A stretch of DNA of 64,000 bases, taken from Candidatus Falkowbacteria bacterium. Lineage in GTDB: Bacteria; Patescibacteriota; Patescibacteriia; UBA11705; JABHMO01. The DNA lies in NCBI GenBank assembly GCA_018674305.1, contig JABHAL010000015.1:30683-94682 (forward strand). Direction: 5' to 3'. Position numbers and translations under genes: made by a program. The notes beneath the pieces are model-generated. The model was not told where the DNA came from. It did no database searches and worked only from the letters and a program-made list of their open reading frames with translations. Positions 58,271 through 64,000 of this stretch are shown here, piece after piece; positions within the stretch are counted from its first letter, which is position 1, and each line of letters starts with the position of its first letter.

Positions 58271-58941
58271 AATTTATTAAACAATTTAGCAATTAACAAC
58301 CTCCACCCCATGCGCATTTGTGGTTTCACTGATTTATTACCAGTTGCCACAGAATATTCAACTTTTATGGGGACTTCTTCGAATCTTAATCTATTCTTTG
58401 CAATCAAACTTAAAATTTCACTACAGTGCGCAAAATCATCATGCTGCCAATCAATTTTTGAAATAATACTAGTTCTAAATGCCCTTAAACCACTTTGTGG
58501 ATCAGTAAATTCTAATTGCAATAACTTTCGACTAAATATCTTGGCTAACCAAAGAATAATTCGTTTTTTTAATGGCAAGTTAGATTTGTGTTGCAAAAAC
58601 CTAGAACCAATAACAACGTCCACATCTTCGTTCTCTAAAACCTTGAGCATAGTATCAATGTCCTCAATTCGGTGTTGACCATCAGCATCAAAATGAACAA
58701 CTACATCAAAACCCAGACGCATAGCAATCTGAGTTCCAGTTCTGAGTGCAGCACCTTGCCCTAAATTGATTTGATGTTGTGCTACTATAATCGGTAATTC
58801 TTTTACTGTTCCCAATGTTTCATCATCACTACCATCATCAACTAAAATTACATTCTTAAATCCCGATTGTAACAACTTCGTCAGCACAACCTTAATTCTA
58901 CCTCCTTCATTAAAAGCAGGAATTACGATACAACTTTTCAT
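58267..58941 (-). CDS. Glycosyltransferase family 2 (DPM1-like)
   Basis: IPAFNE, VDDGS.D, NLGQGAAL.TG, FDADGQH, TDPQSGLR. Confidence 0.9.
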   Translation of the reverse strand: MKSCIVIPAFNEGGRIKVVLTKLLQSGFKNVILVDDGSDDETLGTVKELPIIVAQHQINLGQGAALRTGTQIAMRLGFDVVVHFDADGQHRIEDIDTMLKVLENEDVDVVIGSRFLQHKSNLPLKKRIILWLAKIFSRKLLQLEFTDPQSGLRAFRTSIISKIDWQHDDFAHCSEILSLIAKNRLRFEEVPIKVEYSVATGNKSVKPQMRMGWRLLIAKLFNKL

Positions 58942-59013
58942 ATATAAAAAATATAAATAGCAAGTGGTGAGTTTAAGCTCACTACTCGTATTTCTGTAAA
59001 TTTAAGTGGACTT

Positions 59014-59049
59014 TAATAATGTAACAGTGTAGCAATTTAACAATTTAAC
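59014..59049. repeat. Degenerate 8-mer tandem array (TAACAATn x4)
   Basis: taataatg taacagtg tagcaatt taacaatt; reverse complement of the 12315 array type. Confidence 0.65.
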
Positions 59050-60053
59050 TATATATCTGTACTAAATGTTAATAGATCCTTATGCGCACGTGTGTAGTCA
59101 ACCGTTTTTTGTAAACCATCGCTCAAAGTAACCACTGGAATCCAACCAAGTTCTTCTCTAACCTTGGTGATATCAGGTAATGCTAATTCACGCATAAATT
59201 CTTTCTCTTCTTTAAATACAATTTTAGACTTTGAACTGGTAAGCTCAATTATCTTTTTTGCTACATCTACAAGTCTGTAAACGTCAGTACTACCAACATT
59301 AACTGGATCAAGCACCGGTGTTTCCATTATTTTTAGACAGCCCTCAACCACATCACTTACAAAACATAAAGATGTTTCAAATTTTTCATCTCCAAAAATA
59401 ACTAAATCCTTATTTTCAAGTGCATTAGAAATAAAATCTGGTAGCATCTGATCATCATTTAATAACATTTTAGGCCCATAGGTCCTAAAAATTCGCACAA
59501 TCCGAGCATCAACATTGTGAGCCTCTTGATAGGTTTTAACAATGGTCTCAGCATAACGCTTACCTTCATCGTAACTAGCCAATGGAGACAACATATCAGC
59601 TACCCCTCTGTAATCTTCCTTGACAAATTCACCTTTTTTTACATCTCCATAAACAACTGAAGAAGATGCTTGCAAAAACTTTGCTTGATATTTAACTGCC
59701 AACTCTAGAGCATTTACCAATCCAGTTGTTTGAGCTAGAACAGTATTGATCTTTAGCTTTTCGAAATTCTTAACAGACATTGGACAAGCAAAATTGTAAA
59801 CTTCTTTGATTCCAAAAACCTTGATCTCAAACTGATCCAAGTCTTTATTGTTTTCCAAATCAAGGCCCTTTGTAAAATCATGGTTAACAAACTTAAAATT
59901 CGGTGAGCGTAAAAGATGATTAATATTACCTTCACCACTTGTGCTAAAATCATCAACACAAATCACATTAGCATCTGATAAAAGTCTTTCGCACAAATGC
60001 GAACCAATAAAACCAGCGCCACCTAACACAAGAACATTTTTTCTTTGAGCCAT
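59049..60053 (-). CDS. NAD-dependent epimerase/dehydratase, UXS-like paralog
   Basis: GGAGFIGSHLC, FACP.S, SSSVVYG, YDEGKR, RIFRTYGP. Confidence 0.85.
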   Translation of the reverse strand: MAQRKNVLVLGGAGFIGSHLCERLLSDANVICVDDFSTSGEGNINHLLRSPNFKFVNHDFTKGLDLENNKDLDQFEIKVFGIKEVYNFACPMSVKNFEKLKINTVLAQTTGLVNALELAVKYQAKFLQASSSVVYGDVKKGEFVKEDYRGVADMLSPLASYDEGKRYAETIVKTYQEAHNVDARIVRIFRTYGPKMLLNDDQMLPDFISNALENKDLVIFGDEKFETSLCFVSDVVEGCLKIMETPVLDPVNVGSTDVYRLVDVAKKIIELTSSKSKIVFKEEKEFMRELALPDITKVREELGWIPVVTLSDGLQKTVDYTRAHKDLLTFSTDI

Positions 60054-60061
60054 ATAAAATC

Positions 60062-60096
60062 GAGTAATCAGTAATTTGTAACTAGTAATTAGTAAT
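60062..60096. repeat. Degenerate 7-mer tandem array (nAGTAAT x5)
   Basis: gagtaat cagtaat ttgtaac tagtaat tagtaat. Confidence 0.7.
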
Positions 60097-60199
60097 AATT
60101 AAAAATCACGCTCACTACTCACTCCGTATTAATTATATCTATATTTTATCGTAATTATCTTAATTTAGCAACTATTTATAAATCATTATAAACTCGCTT

Positions 60200-61867
60200 T
60201 TACTCTAAATTTTGCAATTTATAGAGCTTATACACACTGTCAATTTGACTCGGCTCAACCAACTTTAAGCCTAGTCCTTGAAGCTTTCTATCGTTAATGT
60301 AATCAATATCTTCTTCCCCAAGTAAATTTAAATAATAAACCGATTGTGCATTAATAACTTTCTTCAAATCAGTAAAAATCGTATAATCCAAATTAAAATC
60401 TATTACTCTATATTTTGGAAACAATAATTTATCTGTCCTATCAGTAATCACAATTGAATCTTCAAAAATCAAACCTTGAACTGTTCTCGCGCGATCATGA
60501 TAACTTTGCAAAACTATTTTCTGATCAATCAAGCCATCACCTGGCGTTTGATAAACTAAAGCAAATGAATAACCTATCAAACAAAAAACAACTACCCCAA
60601 CTATCAAATTGCTCCAGATCTTTTTCAAGGGAAGTTTATTAATTTGAACTAGTAAATATGCAATGAACGGAAGAATTATAATGTTCAAAGGCAACCAATA
60701 ACGCATATATGAACTACCAATTGTATTATTTTCTAAAACCATTTTGTCTACAAACTGCCAGCTACCATAATAAATTATTAAAATGACAAAAACAACTAAA
60801 CTGCCAATTAAATAAACTAACTGAGCTGTTACTTTTCTGTTTTTCAACCATTGCCTTAACCAAAAAATTAAACCGCAAATGAAAACTCCCACATATGGCC
60901 AAAACATCAAAACAAAATAGTTCATAATATTACCCAGAATTCTAGTTTCATAAAAACCAAACGGGATGAATAATAATTTCAAAAAACCAATTACACTGCC
61001 GGATTGTCCGATTTCAATTTCTGTTGGTAGCTTCGACAACAAGTCTAAGTTAGAAGTAGTATTAAAATAACCAAAACTGAACATTGAACCATAGGTTTGC
61101 CAGTTAAATCCCAGTAAAAGCGCAACTGGAACTATTCCACCAAGAATAAAGTACAACAATCGAGTCCAATTGAATTTGTTTTTATAAGCAATAGTTATAA
61201 CTAAAAGTAATGCCAACACCCAGACCAATTCAGACAAACGCACAATTAAGGCTAAGCCAACAAGAAGACCACTTAATGCTGAATAATGCCATTTATATTT
61301 TTCCTCCCCTTGAAGAACAAAGTAATACAGACCAACAATAAGCAGGCTTGTAAAAAGAACGGTTGGCAACATTACCAAACTGGCATAATACCAAAACGAA
61401 GCTAGGCTAAATAACAAAATTGCCGACAAAAAGCCTGTTTGCTCATTAAAAATACGACTAATTAATTTATAAAAATAAAAAACTGCAATCACTGCAGCTA
61501 GTGGGGTTATAAATCGCACTAAGGTTAGTCCAATAATTTTACCAATCAATCCCAAGATTATAACAAACCCTAAAAATGAAACTGGTACCACATCACCGGA
61601 GTTAGGTAAAACATTGGCACTTCTCGGATGAATTATAGAACTTAACTCCTGATTTAAAGATTCAACTTTTTTAAAATTACCATTATCAACAAAATGCTCA
61701 ATAAAATAATTATTAGCCATAGCATCTGGCCAACTAAATATTAGCTGTCCAGTTGATTCTTGTCCCGGCAAAGTTGCCGTAACCAAAAACCAGGAATATA
61801 CAACAAAAAAAACAATTGTTAGAACAATTATAATTGATTTATAACTTATATATTTCCGTATATTCAT
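60200..61867 (-). CDS. GT-C membrane glycosyltransferase (PMT/ArnT-like)
   Basis: WPD...NY, multiple TM segments, GLA..VR, FN..TYG, RYWLP. Confidence 0.7.
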   Translation of the reverse strand: MNIRKYISYKSIIIVLTIVFFVVYSWFLVTATLPGQESTGQLIFSWPDAMANNYFIEHFVDNGNFKKVESLNQELSSIIHPRSANVLPNSGDVVPVSFLGFVIILGLIGKIIGLTLVRFITPLAAVIAVFYFYKLISRIFNEQTGFLSAILLFSLASFWYYASLVMLPTVLFTSLLIVGLYYFVLQGEEKYKWHYSALSGLLVGLALIVRLSELVWVLALLLVITIAYKNKFNWTRLLYFILGGIVPVALLLGFNWQTYGSMFSFGYFNTTSNLDLLSKLPTEIEIGQSGSVIGFLKLLFIPFGFYETRILGNIMNYFVLMFWPYVGVFICGLIFWLRQWLKNRKVTAQLVYLIGSLVVFVILIIYYGSWQFVDKMVLENNTIGSSYMRYWLPLNIIILPFIAYLLVQINKLPLKKIWSNLIVGVVVFCLIGYSFALVYQTPGDGLIDQKIVLQSYHDRARTVQGLIFEDSIVITDRTDKLLFPKYRVIDFNLDYTIFTDLKKVINAQSVYYLNLLGEEDIDYINDRKLQGLGLKLVEPSQIDSVYKLYKLQNLE

Positions 61868-61934
61868 ATATGAATCATCATAGCAAATTTGGCGAAAAAA
61901 TCAAAAGCGACCATAAGATGATCGCTTGTAATTT

Positions 61935-62177
61935 CTATGAAAATTCTGGGGGTCCGTGACCAGCTCCACCGAACATGCTTTCTTCAGTTAGTATACTACC
62001 CATAGCAGGGCCAATTGGATGACCTTCCTTGTCAAGCATTTGAAAGCAACCCAAGCAAACCTCCTTATCAATTTCAGGTGCACCCACCTCTGCGTAAAAT
62101 GTTGCTTCAAATCCACAACCTTTACATTTCACATTTTTGCCAGGCCCGAGATTTTCACCAAATAAGCCTTTTTTCAT
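61935..62177 (-). CDS. Small Cys-containing hypothetical protein (stand-alone cassette)
   Basis: AAGGAG RBS, TTGTCA-17-TATGCT promoter, CKGC...CLGC. Confidence 0.6.
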   Translation of the reverse strand: MKKGLFGENLGPGKNVKCKGCGFEATFYAEVGAPEIDKEVCLGCFQMLDKEGHPIGPAMGSILTEESMFGGAGHGPPEFS

Positions 62178-62289
62178 AATTTGCTCCTTGTGATTTACCT
62201 GCATTCAAAGCATAGCAAAATCACTTCAATTTGACAATAAAAAAACTCTGCCTTGATATTATCAAGAACAGAGTTGTAAATTCATATCA

Positions 62290-62571
62290 CTAAACGCTAA
62301 TCACAATTTTTCCAGCTGTGACTTGACCATTTACCCATCGGTTATCACTTTTGTCCCAGCGCAAATTGTGTCTACGGAAAAATCGTTCATTTACAGCCTT
62401 TTCAACTCGGCCAACAAGGAATGTTGGGACTCTGTTGATTCGGCCACAGACCACAATCAAGTCAGCATCCTCAGGAACGTCCTCAGCCGAGGAAAATCGT
62501 TTGATGATGTCAGGCCTGATTGTTAGTACCTTCTGACTTCGCGGAAAAGCATAAAATTCCAATCGATTCAT
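62290..62571 (-). CDS. Small hypothetical protein (stand-alone cassette)
   Basis: AAAGGAGG RBS, TTGACA-17-TACTCT promoter, terminator hairpin at 62243-62275. Confidence 0.6.
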   Translation of the reverse strand: MNRLEFYAFPRSQKVLTIRPDIIKRFSSAEDVPEDADLIVVCGRINRVPTFLVGRVEKAVNERFFRRHNLRWDKSDNRWVNGQVTAGKIVISV

Positions 62572-62683
62572 TTGCGTCAAACCTCCTTTGTTGGTTATTA
62601 ATAACGCGTTAATAGAGTAACAAACAAGCCTCAATTTGTCAAGAGTAAACAAAAAATACAGCTTAATTTGCCATATTTTTTGC

Positions 62684-62839
62684 TTACTTTGTTTCTTTGT
62701 GCGAAGTATGAATTTTACATTTCTTGCAATATTTCTTCAGTATCAATTTTTCCTTTATCTTTTTCTTATTGCGTCGTGAATGATAATTTATACTTCGACA
62801 CTCTGAACATTGTAATTTGATCAGATTGTCTTGTGACAT
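62684..62839 (-). CDS. rpmG: 50S ribosomal protein L33 (Zn-binding form); absent from the ORF track
   Basis: Manual translation MSQDNLIKLQCSECRSINYHSRRNKKKIKEKLILKKYCKKCKIHTSHKETK; TTGACA-17-TACACT promoter. Confidence 0.95.
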   Translation of the reverse strand: MSQDNLIKLQCSECRSINYHSRRNKKKIKEKLILKKYCKKCKIHTSHKETK

Positions 62840-62909
62840 AGATTGTTAATTATTTTATTATGCTAAAAGTGTAGCTTAATTCAAAAAGATTGTCAACCTC
62901 TTATTAACT

Positions 62910-62980
62910 GGCTGCGCCATTCGATATGTCCGTTGGAGCTTTACGCGAAAACGGAAGCTCCGACTCATGGAGGAGCGAAG
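62910..62980 (+). repeat. Direct repeat copy 1 (40 bp plus a 31-bp inserted hairpin unit at 62924-62954)
   Basis: ggctgcgccattcg[atatgtccgttggagctttacgcgaaaacgg]aagctccgactcatggaggagcgaag. Confidence 0.85.
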
Positions 62981-62990
62981 TTACAGTTTC

Positions 62991-63248
62991 CTATTTTTTA
63001 ATAAAACGTTTATTTGTAAATGCAATACCCGATGCAGTTTTAAGATATGTTTCGAAGTTCAAAGCCATTATTTTATCATCAAATGCACAATAAAATTTCA
63101 ATTTCCAAGGTTTGTATTTATTCGTATATTTACTTCTTCCATCATTATGGTGCTTCAGTCTATCAAAAACACTAATTTCTGTAAATCCCTTATATAAATA
63201 TCCATGATTTATACTTTCAATCAAATAAACAAAATAGGGTTTTTGCAT
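62991..63248 (-). CDS. Small GIY-YIG nuclease family protein
   Basis: YFVYL.S.....LYKG.T.....RL..HN.G..YT..YKPWKL..Y..F.....A..FE.YLK..SG. Confidence 0.9.
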   Translation of the reverse strand: MQKPYFVYLIESINHGYLYKGFTEISVFDRLKHHNDGRSKYTNKYKPWKLKFYCAFDDKIMALNFETYLKTASGIAFTNKRFIKK

Positions 63249-63258
63249 ATAGATACGG

Positions 63259-63289
63259 CCCTTCTTCGCGTTAAGCTACGAAGGACATT
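63259..63289 (-). repeat. About 30-bp hairpin unit (CGAAG family)
   Basis: Reverse complement aatgtccttcgtagcttaacgcgaagaaggg. Confidence 0.7.
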
Positions 63290-63304
63290 CTTCGCTTTTT
63301 TTAC

Positions 63305-63344
63305 GGCTGCGCCATTCGAAGCTCCGACTCATGGAGGAGCGAAG
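63305..63344 (+). repeat. Direct repeat copy 2 (40 bp, uninterrupted), abutting the tRNA-Thr 3' end
   Basis: ggctgcgccattcgaagctccgactcatggaggagcgaag. Confidence 0.85.
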
Positions 63345-63346
63345 AA

Positions 63347-63422
63347 TGGAGCCGACGGAGGGACTCGAACCCACGACCAATAGTTTACAAAACTACTGCT
63401 CTACCAACTGAGCTACGTCGGC
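63347..63422 (-). tRNA. trnT: tRNA-Thr (TGT)
   Basis: GCCGACGTAGCTCAGTTGGTAGAGCAGTAGTTTTGTAAACTATTGGTCGTGGGTTCGAGTCCCTCCGTCGGCTCCA; 76 nt with encoded CCA. Confidence 0.95.
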
Positions 63423-63448
63423 CTGTTTTTTGTAAATTGCAACAATCT

Positions 63449-63561
63449 CACGACCAATAGTTTATCTACCTACGTTAAAACTCCGGCAGACAGGCAAAAC
63501 TACTGCTCTACCAACTGCTGCGTCCTCCGAAGCTTTATGCGAAGGCGGAAACTACGTCGGC
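63449..63561 (-). pseudogene. Partial duplicate of tRNA-Thr (5' 51 nt) interrupted by two hairpin insertions
   Basis: Matches 63372-63422 with one mismatch once 63465-63494 and 63518-63549 are removed. Confidence 0.88.
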
Positions 63562-63630
63562 GAAACTGTATGACGATAATAACAAATCAACTGTAAATAG
63601 TCAAGTGTGAATAAACCCTTTGAGAAAAGA

Positions 63631-63661
63631 AAAGGCAAGGATCGATTTAATCCTTGCCTTT
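63631..63661 (-). terminator. Intrinsic terminator
   Basis: aaaggcaaggat-loop-atccttgccttt. Confidence 0.75.
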
Positions 63662-63665
63662 GGGT

Positions 63666-63998
63666 TTATTTCCAGAAACGAACAAACAACTGACATTGAT
63701 CATTTTTCAATTCACATTTATCCCAACAGTCAGTTCGCATTTTCTCAGCCGAACAAATACAGGTAGCCCGGTGAATATTTTCCGGGAGATCCCAGAAGTC
63801 TGGATTAGAAATCCCTAATCCTTCGTTCATCTTCATAACAATAGGATTAGTCGTAGTTGATAGAACATTCAAGTGTTCACTCTTTTCTATTAACTTCCTT
63901 TTTATCAAGATTCCCACACCGTGTCTTCTGTAATCAGGATGAACCCACATTGAGCCAGATTCATACCAATTCCCTTCAAGTGGCCACAATGTGATATG
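63666..63998 (-). CDS. GNAT-family acetyltransferase-like protein, 5'-truncated by the window edge
   Basis: WVHPDYRRHGVG acetyl-CoA-binding motif A; frame is open to the window end. Confidence 0.65.
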   Translation of the reverse strand, partial: HITLWPLEGNWYESGSMWVHPDYRRHGVGILIKRKLIEKSEHLNVLSTTTNPIVMKMNEGLGISNPDFWDLPENIHRATCICSAEKMRTDCWDKCELKNDQCQLFVRFWK

Positions 63999-64000
63999 AC

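Noticed and set aside
959-63197. Numerous 60-140-aa ORFs antisense or out of frame to longer genes (e.g. 10861, 16820, 49892, 58310, 62967)
   Set aside because: They lie within or largely overlap well-supported CDSs and lack motifs
62910-63561. CRISPR array, or prophage att site at tRNA-Thr
   Set aside because: The repeats are not regularly spaced with unique spacers, there is no cas or integrase gene, and the duplicated part is the tRNA 5' portion rather than the 3' end
63449-63561. Intron-containing functional tRNA
   Set aside because: The rest of the T-arm and the 3' acceptor strand are missing; the inserts are too short for self-splicing introns and match a dispersed repeat family
1-64000. 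Alternative genetic code (TGA read as Gly or Trp, as in Gracilibacteria)
   Set aside because: Conserved genes are full length under code 11, and TGA ends genes at expected positions (fmt, apt)

Overview
AT-rich bacterial window read with the standard code (TGA is used as a stop). Gene content and style point to a Patescibacteria/CPR (Parcubacteria/ABY1-like) genome, which is an inference. Housekeeping genes (priA, def, fmt, queA, yhaM, apt, mtnP, rpmG, tRNA-Trp, tRNA-Thr) are interleaved with two large minus-strand surface-glycan loci. The first (about 24.8-52.3 kb) carries six radical SAM enzymes (three B12-binding, three SPASM), two AftD-like GT-C proteins, a kinase-nucleotidyltransferase fusion, ugd/uxs and a flippase, with MTA phosphorylase and APRT at its head. 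The second (about 53.9-61.9 kb) is mostly glycosyltransferases. The most unusual signals are non-coding. (1) A family of about 30-bp hairpin units has demonstrably inserted, without target duplication, into a partial tRNA-Thr duplicate (twice), into a direct repeat flanking a small GIY-YIG nuclease, and into another palindrome. (2) A four-helix-bundle gene is bracketed by inverted degenerate 8-mer arrays, with gene-less 7/8-mer arrays elsewhere, including in frame inside queA. (3) Many stand-alone ORFan cassettes have their own sigma70-like promoter, GGAG(G) site and terminator; one encodes an SF2 helicase with apparently permuted motifs. No CRISPR array, integrase, reverse transcriptase or rRNA is seen.
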